From Tubulanus polymorphus (Eukaryota; Animalia; Nemertea): DNA of 64,000 bases. Position 1 is the stretch's first letter. Each line of letters opens with the position of its first letter. Position numbers and translations under genes: made by a program. Location of the stretch: assembly GCF_964204645.1 (NCBI RefSeq), contig NC_134031.1, forward strand, positions 10,852,088 to 10,916,087, in the 5' to 3' direction. Shown here piece by piece: positions 34,841-46,804 of the stretch. A model generated the notes under the pieces. The model made no database searches and had not been told where the DNA came from. It worked only from the letters and a program-made list of their open reading frames with translations.

Positions 34841-35452
34841 TTATTTTATAAATTTATATTCATAGCGAAATTGTAGTCTCAGTAATAATTTTGAACCTTT
34901 ATTATTCTTTAATTTATTCATATATTCATCATGTAATTCAGTAGGTATAATTTGATTTTATTCAAATGATTGTTGCATAGATTTTCTATCTCTATTGTAG
35001 AATAAAACTAGAAATCTTATATTCTCCCTAAAGTCTTTAACAATTGAATTATATTTTTGATTTAAAACCCATGTTGTTATCCCAAAATGTCTCCCAGAGA
35101 AAGCTAAGTAACATAACTCACTTTCTCTCACTTTTGAATCATGTAAATTAGCGCAATCATCTACAATGAATAATGTATTTGATCCTTTATAAGTATCAAT
35201 TGCTATTTTTATACAATTATCTAAATTTTCTTTTACTGTTTTAGGATCTAATATAATAAACTTTTTTATTTTAACTATATCTCTATTATATGTTTTATTC
35301 ATTTCATAAGTAGGACAGAATAATATTATATTATCAAAATGATTCTTATAAATAGTTTCTAACAAATCTAATATGAAATGTGTTTTACCACAGTTTGTTA
35401 CCCCAGTAACTAACATATTATGCGGTTCAAATATAAATAAATCTTTATTCAT
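34841..35452 (-). pseudogene. packaging ATPase, premature stop at 34958
   Basis: GVTNCGKT, FIVDD, SGRH. Confidence 0.9.
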
Positions 35453-36291
35453 TTATTCTTTTAATTTTACTAGATAAAATCCATTCATTAAATTTATCAT
35501 CATATCCTTTATATTTCACCAAAGAATACTTTTTTCCTTTAAGAGTTTTTGTTTTCAATACCTTTTCTATTTTGTATTCTATTTCATCTGGATTTGGTAC
35601 TAATGATAATTCTTGTTCATAGAAATAACCTAATATTTCTTCATCTTTTAGATCTTCTAGTTTATAAACAAATGGTTTAGTTAATATTATCTTTTTAATC
35701 TTGAATATTTCTTCAGTAAAATTTGGGGTATAACCTTTATAAAATGTTTTTCGATATTTAGAAATTCTAACATGTTGTCCTATTTTAAATTTAGGTTCTC
35801 CAAAATCATGTGTAACAAATGCTCCATATAAATTATTCCAAACTATTTCTGAATTTTCTTCTTTTCTAGCTTGTATAGGTTTCATATTTATAGAACTATG
35901 TTTAGAATTATTATAACCTTTAACTAAATCATCTAACACATTGATATATTTATATGTTTCATTAGCAGTGGTTCCACATTCTAGTTTTCAATGTTTTATT
36001 AAATCTTTCTATAATAGATGCTTTTTTATCTGAATGTGTTGAAAAATAATCTACATTGTTATCAGATAATAGTTTTTTTAAATGTTTATTATAGAATTCC
36101 TTACCTTCATCAAATTGTATCTTATCTGGAATAGCTTCTTTAAATATTGATTTAAAAGCATTTGTCATTTCTATACCAGTTTTATTTTTGATTGGAATTG
36201 ACCATGCGTATCTACTGAATATGTCTATAACATTTAATATCCAGAAATATCCTTTGTTGTATTCCTCTAAGTTCTTCATGTCAATTACCAC
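35445..36291 (-). pseudogene. second partial integrase copy from ~900-bp tandem duplication, frameshifted
   Basis: Junction CATGTCAATTACCACAG near 36285 joins ATPase start to integrase IDM; ORFs 35445-35939 and 35962-36291. Confidence 0.88.
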
Positions 36292-36344
36292 AGTTTGTTA
36301 CCCCAGTAACTAACATATTATGCGGTTCAAATATAAATAAATCT

Positions 36345-37437
36345 TTATTCATTTATTCTTTTAATTTTACTAGATAAAATCCATTCATTAAATTTATCAT
36401 CATATCCTTTATATTTCACCAAAGAATACTTTTTTCCTTTAAGAGTTTTTGTTTTCAATACTTTTTCTATTTTGTATTCTATTTCATCTGGATTTGGTAC
36501 AAGTGATAATTCTTGTTCATAGAAATAACCTAATATTTCTTCATCTTTTAGATCTTCTAGTTTATAAACAAATGGTTTAGTTAATATTATCTTTTTAATC
36601 TTGAATATTTCTTTTGTAAAATTTGGGGTATAACCTTTATAAAATGTTTTTTCTATATTTAGATATTCTAACGTGTTGTCCAATTTTAGATTTAGGTTCT
36701 CCAAAATCATGTGTAACAAACGCACCATATAAATTATTCCAAACTGTTTCCAAATTATCTTCTTTTCTAGCTTGTATAGGTTTCATATTTATAGAACTAT
36801 GTTTAGAATTATTATAACCTTTCACCAAATCATCTAACACATCGATATATTCATATGTTTCATTAGCAGTAAAATATTTCCACATTCTAGTTTTCAATGT
36901 TTTATTAAATCTTTCTTTAATAGATGCTTTTTTATCTGAGTGTGTTGAAAAATATTCTACATCGTTATCAGATAATAGTTTTTTGAAATGTTTGTTATAA
37001 AATTCCTTACCTTCATCAAATTGTATCTTATCTGGAATAGCTTCTTTAAATATTGATTTAAAAGCATTTGTCACTTCTATACCAGTTTTATTTTTGATTG
37101 GAATTGACCATGCGTATCTACTGAATATGTCTATAACATTTAATATCCAGAAATGTCCTTTGTTGTGTTTTTCTAAGTTCTTCATGTCAATTAAATCTGC
37201 TTGCCATTGTTGATCGATATATGAAACCATAACTTTTCTTGTTAAATAAGTTTTATCCATTTTCTTGTGGATTTGATATGTTGGTTGATTTTGTAACCAT
37301 AATCTTAGTTCACTATATTTTATATTACCATTTTCATTATCAGATTTAATTTTATTCCATAATTCTGAAACGTTAGAATACGATACTTCACTTTCTGGGT
37401 TGTAATATAACTCTCTTAAATATTGTTCTTTTTTCAT
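36345..37437 (-). pseudogene. rve integrase with chromodomain, frameshifted
   Basis: ORFs 36637-37437 and 36345-36728; DDE motifs. Confidence 0.9.
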
Positions 37438-37443
37438 CTTATT

Positions 37444-37812
37444 TTAATCCATTAATAATAATTTAGATTTAGTTTCAATGACTTTATGATTTGACTTATT
37501 TTCTGGTATGATAGGTTTATTATCATTGGAATAATCTTTATCATCAGATTTGAATTTTGATTTATACATTACACCGGATAATATAATAATTGTGATTAAC
37601 CCAATTGTAATATATAAGTAATTATTTCTTCCACTATTAGAAGAATTAGATGGGTTATTATTTGAATCAATAACAGATAATTTCTGTGATTCATTTATAT
37701 CAGTTAATTTCTTTTTCTTAGCTTTTTTTAATTCTGAAGATCTTTTACCTAATTCCTTTGCCCACTGTATTTGTTTCTCAGATCTAGGCTTTTTCCTAAC
37801 GCCATCACTCAT
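37444..37812 (-). CDS. small basic single-TM protein (122 aa)
   Basis: K/R-rich N-terminus; YLYITIGLITIIILSGVMY. Confidence 0.7.
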   Translation of the reverse strand: MSDGVRKKPRSEKQIQWAKELGKRSSELKKAKKKKLTDINESQKLSVIDSNNNPSNSSNSGRNNYLYITIGLITIIILSGVMYKSKFKSDDKDYSNDNKPIIPENKSNHKVIETKSKLLLMD

Positions 37813-37873
37813 TTATTTTAGTTAATTTTTGTTCTGGTTCATTTTCTGTTTCGACGTTTGGTTGTAGTACATC

Positions 37874-38413
37874 TTATTCGTTCTTACCTGATTTATATTC
37901 CATAGGTTTGATATTCGGAAATGTTATGACGCCAGTAGAAATTAATGTCATAACCGATCCTAATTGGAATGAAGCATATCCAACCCATTTTTGTAATTCA
38001 GTCATAACTAAGTAGTCATTTTTCAAATAACTATATAATTTATTTTCATCATCAATTGGTATTAACTGGTTACATAACTTAGAATAACATTTGACAATAC
38101 CATCTGAAATAGAATCATTTATTCTAGCTAATCTAGCTTCTTCATAAATCTTAAAATATTTTATTACTTTATCTGGTTTCATAGCATCTAATTCTTGAAA
38201 AGTAATGGTCTTAGTTAAAAATTGTTTACACTTTCCGCTAGCAATTAATAGTTCAAGATGGTGTTTACAATATAAGTAGTATTCATAATCTATATTGCTA
38301 TTAACTTGAATATTATTTTCAATTTTGGTTGGAATATCCTTATTATCACTAATACCTAAATCATCTAATGTTTTTTCAATATCAATACTATTCTTACTCG
38401 ATTTCTTTGACAT
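37874..38413 (-). CDS. conserved hypothetical protein, C-terminally truncated
   Basis: Homolog of 43733-44335. Confidence 0.7.
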   Translation of the reverse strand: MSKKSSKNSIDIEKTLDDLGISDNKDIPTKIENNIQVNSNIDYEYYLYCKHHLELLIASGKCKQFLTKTITFQELDAMKPDKVIKYFKIYEEARLARINDSISDGIVKCYSKLCNQLIPIDDENKLYSYLKNDYLVMTELQKWVGYASFQLGSVMTLISTGVITFPNIKPMEYKSGKNE

Positions 38414-38982
38414 TTATATTGGAGAAATTTAATAAGAAAAATATTATAAGTATTATAAAATTATACTAGTCTCTCTTTAGGTTAAGACTAAATTGACTAG
38501 GTTAGTTAAAGTTAAAGAATTTCTATTCAAATCTTTTCAAAATCTATTCAATCAAATGTCAATTAGAATTACCAAAAGAAAATATTAAAAATATAATAGA
38601 ATTCACTAGCAGTTGAAGTTATTGTTTTTTATTATATTTTATTTAAATTAGGATTTAATATCTCACTACTATTGTCTATCTATTAGGAGCAGTAATTATA
38701 ACTGTCCAGATAAGTCATTTCGGATTCTCGATAATAAATCCTAAAACTGAAAATAAATTCAAAGAAACGACTGGTGGAAATACTATTTCATAAACACATA
38801 TATTTTATTCTACAATCATTAACGATGTCCACATTCCAAGCCGCTCGGCAGCCGAGCGGTAAGGTATGCGCGGAATGCGGAAATCAATAAAGTATAATAC
38901 AACATCTGTCACTGTGTGTGACATTAACAACAGCTGAATGACGCAATTGAAATTCCGGCAAACGTAATATGAATATTTTAAG

Positions 38983-39176
38983 AGTAATAGGGATAATATG
39001 CTTTCAAGCTAAAGGTCGAGAGGTTGAGAAATTTTACAAATATGAAAATAACAATAATTTCTAGTTGAATTAGGAGTGCGCGCGACTAATTCCACTAGAA
39101 ATTATTGTTATTTTCATATTTGGAAAATTTCTCGACCTCTCGACCTTTGGCTTGAAAGCCTATTATCCCTATTACT
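38983..39176. repeat. terminal palindrome/hairpin (~194 bp), right end of B
   Basis: AGTAATAGGGATAATATGCTTTCAAGC...GAATTAG loop CTAATTC...GCTTGAAAGCCTATTATCCCTATTACT. Confidence 0.92.
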
Positions 39177-40740
39177 CATGACCTAACCCTAGATCAAATT
39201 TCAAATAGATTGAAATATATTGATAAATCTTCGATAAAATTACATATGAAATCTCAAGACGAAATACCTATTCTAAGTTCTGATTGGAGAAATACTGAAA
39301 AATTATTAGAGGGTAACTATGAATCTGTCCTTTTATTTCAACGAGGGGATGCCACACTCAAACGTAATTATCACATTATTCTCTCTGATCCTCGTTCTCT
39401 GGAACATTTATCCAACTTTGGACAATCTGTCATTGGTATTGACGTGAAACATGATTTCAATTCGTGGAAATTTAAAACTTCATTTGTAACTTTTGCAGAC
39501 CACAAAAATGAAGGACGTATTGCTGCTGCATCAATTAGTAGTGATGAAGGGGGGGGGCTACTCATGCAACTACCATCCAGTTAGTTCTAGCCAATACACC
39601 ATGTACAGACGAAAAATGTAATCATCCATCTGAATTCTATATATTTAATAATGGCAATGGTTTTTTCAGAATCAAGCCATGTTCATCAACATCTAGATTT
39701 TGTCCTTTTGTACAACATGTTAAAGACGCAAGTCTAAAGCAAGGAGCATCTGACAATAATCTTAAATCAGTACTATGTAATTTTCATGTCCTGCAGTGTA
39801 TTCGTCGCTTCATGAATGAAAATCAAGAACTTCGCTTATTTTGCAAGCCTCTAGAAACTGGTTTCAAATGCATTATGAGATCATGGGATGCTTCATCTAG
39901 AACTGATATAGCCAATTCATTTATTAGTTTTATTGAGAATGATATTTCTTTAGACCTTATGTCGCAAGATACAAAAACATTATTAATTGATTACCTAAAG
40001 AAGAATTGGTTTAATTCCCAAATTTGGTCTGATGCATTCAATGCTGAATCAATTTATCAGTCAGACCAATCTAACAGAAATAACCCTTTGCTATTAACTG
40101 ATAATATTACTGAGCGCAAATTCAAACAAATAGATGATGTCTACTTAAGTGAACACCTAAATAAACTGATATCATCTTTTGTAGGATTACTGTTTGAAAA
40201 TGCTTTTAATGATGAGATAAAAGCGACAAATAAGAACAATCTCCAATTTAAGCAACTTGACCAACGAGTTAGGAATATACGTCACCTTGAAAAGATAGAA
40301 AAGTGTTGCAAAAGAGCCTTTGATTTATTACAGAATAATGAGATTTTAAGATATGATGAAGAAACTAGTTGGTTTGTTGTGAAGAGTTCTTCACGAAAGA
40401 ACTTAAATAAGTTAGAAGATAATGATAATTTTTTCAATGGTGATACTCAATATACATTCAATCAAAAGAGCCTTTGATTTATTACAGAATAATGAGATTT
40501 TAAAATATGATGAAGAAACTAGTTGGTTTGTTGTGAAGAGTTCTTCACGAAAGAACTGAAATAGGTTAGAAGATAATGATAATTTTTTCAATGGTGATAC
40601 TCAATATACATTCAATCAGCTTGATGTTTTAGAAGAAAGATTCCCCGATAAAGTATCAATATCCGAGGAACATTCATATGACATTTCAAACAAGAAAATT
40701 AATTTTAGAAAATTATTTGACGCCTGCGAAAAAAATGTAG
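39177..40740 (+). pseudogene. Mutator/MULE-like DDE transposase relic, 5' part cut by Polinton B
   Basis: FGQSVIGIDVKHDFN..F..SFVTFAD..NEG..AAASISSDE, LCNFHVLQC (CxxH), YLKKNW..W, TDNITE. Confidence 0.7.
40309..40618. repeat. 154-bp tandem duplication
   Basis: CAAAAGAGCCTTTGATTTATTAC... at 40309 and 40463. Confidence 0.9.
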
Positions 40741-40899
40741 AATTTCTGGGCTAAGCTAATGTGGAATTGCAAATTTGAAATCGAAGTTTTAAGAAATTTG
40801 GGGAATGATGAGATTTGGCGATTGGGTAGATGATACAGGTCTTCGACTCTAGTAGTAGTTTAAATTTTTTTTAATGAAAATTCTCAATAATTGATCGCG

Positions 40900-41257
40900 A
40901 ACTTGCGACCGACTTCATTTACTTATGCCTCTAAGCTGGTCTGCAACTTCATAGCCTCCATGGTTGAAGAGAGAGCTCTTCTGATGTCTGCTTCATCATG
41001 ACTTCGAGCATATCGTGTGGCCTAGCCAGCCGGCCCGGGCCACGGGTTTGGCTGTCACTCGATATCCTAGAGTTGAGTCTGGGTGGGTTGAGGTAGACAT
41101 TGTCATTTAAAATAACATGCTTATGTTGTTCTGTATGAATAACCCGTGTGTCATGTATGTTGTATTAATTTATTTTAAAATTTGTATTTATTGAATTTGG
41201 GAATTTTATCCCGGAATTTCAATGTAATAAGGATCAATAAAGAATTGAATTGAATTG
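40900..41257 (+). mobile_element. probable 3' end of a non-LTR retrotransposon
   Basis: Ends in AATAAA followed by (GAATT)n tail; left boundary uncertain. Confidence 0.35.
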
Positions 41258-41715
41258 TCACCTAATTCACATGCCATCAGAGGACGCGGAGCCGTATATG
41301 ACAGCTATGCTATTATAAATTGCTAATTTCACGAAACCTGCATACTCCTAATATCAAACATATTTTCTAAAACGTTTGAATATTGAAATTATATGTTTAC
41401 ACATTTTCATATTGACCGCTTGTAGCCGCTGATGAAATTCACGCCGGCCCTACACACATCGTAAATAGCTTCGTCATTCCACCGGCATGCCCACGTCAGG
41501 GTCTGACTTTTATATCAGACTTCCAAATCGTGTATACATCCGCCATTTAACCGAATAATCCGATTTACTTATCATTTCTATTTATGCCTGCCGCTTCTGA
41601 TATAATCAAACATCCTTCACTATTACAATACGTCTTCTAATGATATTCAATGCAATATAACATTTCGACGTTCAAATATAGGTCATTACATAATCACAGG
41701 AAGCCATTCTACATC

Positions 41716-41922
41716 AGTAATAGGGATTTAGTTGTTCTATACCAAAGGTCGAAAGGTCGAGCCCGAGAAATTTTCCAAAATGTTAAAATAATAATAATTT
41801 CTACTTGAATTAGTCGCGTACACTCCTAATTCAAGTAGAAATTATTATTATTTTAACATTTGGAAAATTTATCAACCTCAACCTTTCGACCTTTGATATA
41901 GAACAACTAAATCCCTATTACT
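41716..41922. repeat. terminal palindrome/hairpin (~207 bp)
   Basis: AGTAATAGGGATTTAGTTGTTCTAT...CTTGAATTAG loop CTAATTCAAG...ATAGAACAACTAAATCCCTATTACT. Confidence 0.92.
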
Positions 41923-42019
41923 CTATCTAATCACAAGTCTCATAATTTACAAGCCTCAACATGTTGAGTATTGCGTATTACATGTTGATTCTAGAACAAC
42001 CCATCTAGAAAACTACATT

Positions 42020-42355
42020 AGCCAATCACAGTTGAGTATTACGCTAGCCAATCACAGTTGAGTATTTCCAGCCAATCACAGTTGAGTATTTTACTATTAA
42101 TCTATCCAATCACAGTTGAGTATTTCCAACCAATCACAGTTGAGTATTTTACTATTAATCTATCCAATCACAGTTGAGTATTACTCTATCCAATCACAGT
42201 TGAGTATTCCCTATTACACTAGCCAATCACAAGCCTCATAATTTACAAGTCTCAACACGCAGCTGGGTTTTCCCCACTGTTGAGTAGTATAAATAGGTGG
42301 GACTCACACGCGGTAGGACTCATACGTGGCGGCGGGACGCGTTGAGAGGTAAGTG
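42020..42355 (+). promoter_or_regulatory. putative RNA polymerase II promoter: CCAAT array, kappaB-like site, TATA box, splice donor
   Basis: 7 x CCAATCACAGTTGAGTATT plus one more CCAATCAC; GGGTTTTCCC 42265-42274; TATAAATA 42288-42295; AG|GTAAGT at 42349. Confidence 0.55.
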
Positions 42356-42390
42356 TTATGTTCAATTTTAATAAAAAATATAGTATTAAA

Positions 42391-42627
42391 ATGGAAGCAA
42401 ATAAGTACTACTGTCCAACATGTAATATCGATATAGATAAATCCCAAAAAGCAAGACACAATAAAACTAAAACACATTTAGAGAATAAATTGAAACTAGA
42501 ATATTCACAGTTATATTCAGAACAGTTAACAAAGGGAAAGAAATTTATTGAATTATGGAATAATGATCCAAATAATGAACAATACGTTGAGGATCCGATG
42601 TTTATACTAGAACATGATTCTATTTGA
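42391..42627 (+). pseudogene. chimera of polB N-terminal zinc finger and HNH C-terminus
   Basis: MEANKYYCPTC...KLKLEY then QLYSEQLTKGKKFIELWNNDPNNEQYVE. Confidence 0.8.
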
Positions 42628-42753
42628 GCCTATATACATTCCATGTAAAGAGCTATGGAATAAATCTATAAATTCACAGCTGTTACAGCTGTTACTATGA
42701 CGCTGAGATATTATAAAATATTAACCAATTTAGTAAAAAAATACGTATAATAA

Positions 42754-43428
42754 ATGGAACCAGAACAACCAAAAACTATCAATATTACAAATAACACTGG
42801 CGTTATAAACATATATTACAAGAAGTGTTCTAAATGTGAATTAAATAAATCATTAACAGAATTTAGTAAGCGTAAGATTAGCAAAGATGGTTTTCAATAT
42901 TACTGTAAAACTTGCATTAAACTATATACCAAACAATATCGAGAAGATAATAGAGAATCTTATAATGATTATATGACAGAATATATGAGAGAAAGATATC
43001 AAACAGATCTTAATTTTAGATTGAAACAATGTTTACGGTCTAGATTAACACAATTATTTAACAAAGAAACATATTCAGAAACACTATCTAATTTATTGGG
43101 TTGTTCAGATGAATTTCTCAAATCATGGATTATATTTCAATTCGATGATAAAATGAATATAGATAATTATGGGGATTATTACCATATTGATCACGTGTTA
43201 CCAATATCTAAATTTAACATGAATGATGAATACAATAAAAAACTTATTTGGGGTTGGAAAAATTTAAGGCCTTTAGAAAAGAAAGAAAATCAAACCAAAT
43301 CTAATAAACTAGATTTACAGTTATATTTAGAACAGTTAACAAAAGCAAAGAAATTTATTGATCAATGGAATAATAATCCAAATAATGAACAATACGTTGA
43401 GGAATTTGATATCAAGGATCCGAAATGA
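42754..43428 (+). CDS. HNH-like endonuclease with N-terminal CxxC zinc finger (giant-virus type), intact 224 aa
   Basis: KKCSKC..EF..DG..YCKTC; LLGCS.EFLK; NYG..HIDHVLP; NLRPL...EN..KSNK. Confidence 0.8.
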   Translation: MEPEQPKTINITNNTGVINIYYKKCSKCELNKSLTEFSKRKISKDGFQYYCKTCIKLYTKQYREDNRESYNDYMTEYMRERYQTDLNFRLKQCLRSRLTQLFNKETYSETLSNLLGCSDEFLKSWIIFQFDDKMNIDNYGDYYHIDHVLPISKFNMNDEYNKKLIWGWKNLRPLEKKENQTKSNKLDLQLYLEQLTKAKKFIDQWNNNPNNEQYVEEFDIKDPK

Positions 43429-43732
43429 CTTATCTGGACAGTTATAGTTACTGCTCCTAATAGATAGACAATAGTAGTGAGATATCAAATAGAATTTAAA
43501 TAAAATATAATAAAAAAAACAATAACTTCAACTAGCTAGTGAATTCTATTATATTTTTAATATTTTCTTTTCAAAAAGAGAATACTTTATATTTTGAATA
43601 GATCCGAATAGAAATTCTTTAAATTCAAATAGCTAGTATCAGTAGTCAATACTAGAATTCTTTAGCTTTAACTAGCTAGTATCATTTGAAGAATACTTAT
43701 AATATTTTTTTTGCTTTTTTTCTCTAATATAA

Positions 43733-44335
43733 ATGTCAAAGAAATCTAATAAGAATAGTATTGATATTGAAAAAACATTAGATGATTTAGGTATTAGTGA
43801 TAATAAAGATACAGTTGTTTCTAATTCTATTCAAGTTAATAACAATATAGATTATGAATACTATTTATATTGTAAGCATCATCTTGAATTATTAATTGCT
43901 GGCGGGAAATCTAAGGACTTCTTAGGAAAAATAATAACTTTTCAAGAACTAGACTCTATGAAACCCGATAAAGTAATAAAATATTTTAAGATTTATGAAG
44001 AGGCAAGATTAGCTAGAATAAACGACTCTATAAGTGATGGTATTGTCAAATGTTATTCTAAGTTATGTAACCAGTTAATACCAATTGATGATGAAAATAA
44101 ATTATATAATGATTTGAAAAATGACTATTTAGTTATGACTGAATTACAAAAATGGGTCGGTTATGCTTCATTCCAATTAGGATCGGTTATGACATTAATT
44201 TCTACTGGAGTTATAACATTTTCGAACATCAAACCTATGGAATATAAATCAGGTAAGAACGAAACAGATATACTACAACAAAACGTCGAAACAGAAAATG
44301 AATCAGAACAAAAATTAACTAAAATAAATGAGTGA
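43733..44335 (+). CDS. conserved hypothetical protein (200 aa) with C-terminal hydrophobic segment
   Basis: Full-length version of 12843/37874 genes; overlaps next gene at TAAATGA. Confidence 0.75.
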   Translation: MSKKSNKNSIDIEKTLDDLGISDNKDTVVSNSIQVNNNIDYEYYLYCKHHLELLIAGGKSKDFLGKIITFQELDSMKPDKVIKYFKIYEEARLARINDSISDGIVKCYSKLCNQLIPIDDENKLYNDLKNDYLVMTELQKWVGYASFQLGSVMTLISTGVITFSNIKPMEYKSGKNETDILQQNVETENESEQKLTKINE

Positions 44336-44711
44336 TGGAGTTAAGAAAAAGGCTAGATCCGAGAAACAAATTAAATGGGCAAGAGAATTAGGTAAAAGAT
44401 CATCAGAATTAAAAAAAGCTAAGAAAAAGAAATTAACTGATATAAATGAATCAGAGACTTTATCTGATGGTGCCGTACGGCACCCACATGGTGGTATTGA
44501 TTCAAATAATAATCCATCTAATTCTTCTAATGCTGGAAGTAATTATAAATTATATATTACAATTGGATTAGTAACAGTTATTATATTATCCGGCGTAATA
44601 TATAAATCAAAATTCAAATCTGATGATAAAGATGATTCCAATGACAATAAACCTATCATACCCGAAAATAAGTCAAATGAAAATAAATCTAAAATATTAT
44701 TAATGGATTAA
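44328..44711 (+). CDS. small basic single-TM protein (127 aa)
   Basis: LYITIGLVTVIILSGVIY. Confidence 0.7.
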   Translation: MSDGVKKKARSEKQIKWARELGKRSSELKKAKKKKLTDINESETLSDGAVRHPHGGIDSNNNPSNSSNAGSNYKLYITIGLVTVIILSGVIYKSKFKSDDKDDSNDNKPIIPENKSNENKSKILLMD

Positions 44712-44714
44712 AAT

Positions 44715-45798
44715 ATGATGAAAAAAGAACAATATTTGAGAGATTTATATTATAACCCAGAAAGTGAAGTTTCATATTCAAGTGTTTCAGAATTATGGAA
44801 TAAAATTAAATCTGATAAAGAAAAAATAAAATATAGTGAATTAAAATCATGGTTACAAAATCAACCAACATATCAAATCCACAAGAAAATGGATAAAAAA
44901 TATTTAACAAGAAAAGTTATGGTTTCATATATTGACCAACAATGGCAAGCTGATTTAATTGATATGAAAAACTTAGAAGAATATAACAAAGGATATTTTT
45001 GGATACTAAATGTTATAGATATATTCAGTAGATACGCATGGAGTATCCCGATTAAAAATAAAACTGGTATAGAAGTTACAAATTCTTTCAAATTAATATT
45101 TAAAGAAGCTATCCCAGATAAAATACAATTTGATGAAGGTAAAGAATTTTATAACAAACATTTTAAAAAACTATTATCTGATAACGATGTAGAATATTTT
45201 TCAACACATTCAGATAAAAATGCATCCGTTATAGAAAGATTTAATAAAACATTGAAAACTAGAATGTGGAACCACTGCTAATGAAACATATAAATATATC
45301 AATGTGTTAGATGATTTAGTTAAAGGTTATAATAATTCTAAACATAGTTCTATAAATATGAAACCTATACAAGCTAGAAAAGAAGAAAATTCAGAAATAG
45401 TTTGGAATAATTTATATGGAGCATTTGTTACACATGATTTTGGAGAACCTAAATTTAAAATAGGACAACATGTTAGAATTTCTAAATATCGAAAAACATT
45501 TTATAAAGGTTATACCCCAAATTTTACTGAAGAAATATTCAAGATTAAAAAGATAATATTAACTAAATCATTTGTTTATAAACTAGAAGATCTAAAAGAT
45601 GAAGAAATATTAGGTTATTTCTATGAACAAGAATTATCATTAGTACCAAATCCAGATGAAATAGAATACAAAATAGAAAAGGTATTGAAAACAAAAACTC
45701 TTAAAGGAAAAAAGTATTCTTTGGTGAAATATAAAGGATATGATGATAAATTTAATGAATGGATTTTATCTAGTAAAATTAAAAGAATAAATGAATAA
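44715..45798 (+). pseudogene. rve integrase with chromodomain, frameshift at ~45270
   Basis: ORFs 44715-45281 and 45304-45798. Confidence 0.9.
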
Positions 45799-46406
45799 AG
45801 ATTTATTTATATTTGAACCACATAATATGTTAGTTACTGGAGTTACAAATTGTGGTAAAACACACTTCATATTAGACTTGTTAGAAACTATTTATAAGAA
45901 TCATTTTGATAATATAATATTATTCTGTCCTACTTATGAAATGAATAAAACATATAATAGAGACATAGTTAAGGAAGATAAAAAAGTTTATTATATTAGA
46001 TCCTAAAACAGTAAAAGAAAATTTAGATAATTGTATAAAAATTGCATTAGATATTTATAAAGGATCTAATACATTATTTATTATTGATGATTGCGCAAAT
46101 TTACATGATTCAAAAGTTAGAGAAAGTGAGTTATGTTATTTAGCTTTCTCTGGTAGACATTTTGGGATAACAACATGGGTTTTAAATCAGAAATATAATT
46201 CAATTGTGAAAGACTTTAGGGAGAATATAAGATTTCTAGTTTTATTCTACAACAAACATAGAAAATCTATGCAACAATCATTGGAAGAAAATCAAATTAT
46301 ACCTACTGAATTACATGATGAATATATGAATAAATTAAAAAATAATAAAGGTTCCAAATTACTTATGAGATTACAATTTCCATATGAATATAAATTTATA
46401 AAATAA
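45791..46406 (+). pseudogene. packaging ATPase, frameshifted
   Basis: ORFs 45791-46006 and 46206-46406; small insertion near 45973. Confidence 0.9.
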
Positions 46407-46422
46407 AATCCTAATTCAAAAT

Positions 46423-46800
46423 ATTATAGAATTCACTGTATACTAATGGATGAGTGGATGAATTGGATGAATTGGATGAATTGGATGAGTGGATGAATGG
46501 ATGAGTGTAATAATATATATATTTTACTTTTTAACACATAAATTGGAAGAATAGTATGAGTATAAATATAATATTTATATTCTTTATTAAATTTAACACA
46601 ATATATATATATTATTAAAATAATATTTAAATATAGTATAAAATTGATAAAATAACTTCAAATCAAACTCTTACTGTTTAAAAAATAAAAAACATATGTA
46701 AATTATATATTATTACACTCTTCCACTCTTCCACTCTTCCAACTCATCCAACTCATCCAACTCATCCATTCATCCATCAATATACAGTGAATTCTATAAT
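46423..46800. repeat. central inverted-repeat region, type 2 (TGGATGA iterations)
   Basis: ATTATAGAATTCACTGTATA + (TGGATGAGT/TGGATGAAT)n ... (ACTCATCCA/ACTCTTCCA)n + TATACAGTGAATTCTATAAT. Confidence 0.9.
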
Positions 46801-46804
46801 CTTT

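Larger units (their letters stand above)
24666..39176 (+). mobile_element. Polinton/Maverick-type endogenous virus, copy B (both ends present; internal deletions and duplication)
   Basis: Starts AGTAATAGGG (24666), ends CCCTATTACT (39176); same gene order as A; no matching TSD. Confidence 0.95.

Noticed and set aside
24660-39182. Target-site duplication around copy B
   Set aside because: Flanks GCTGGG and CATGAC do not match; no pair of visible ends shares a TSD
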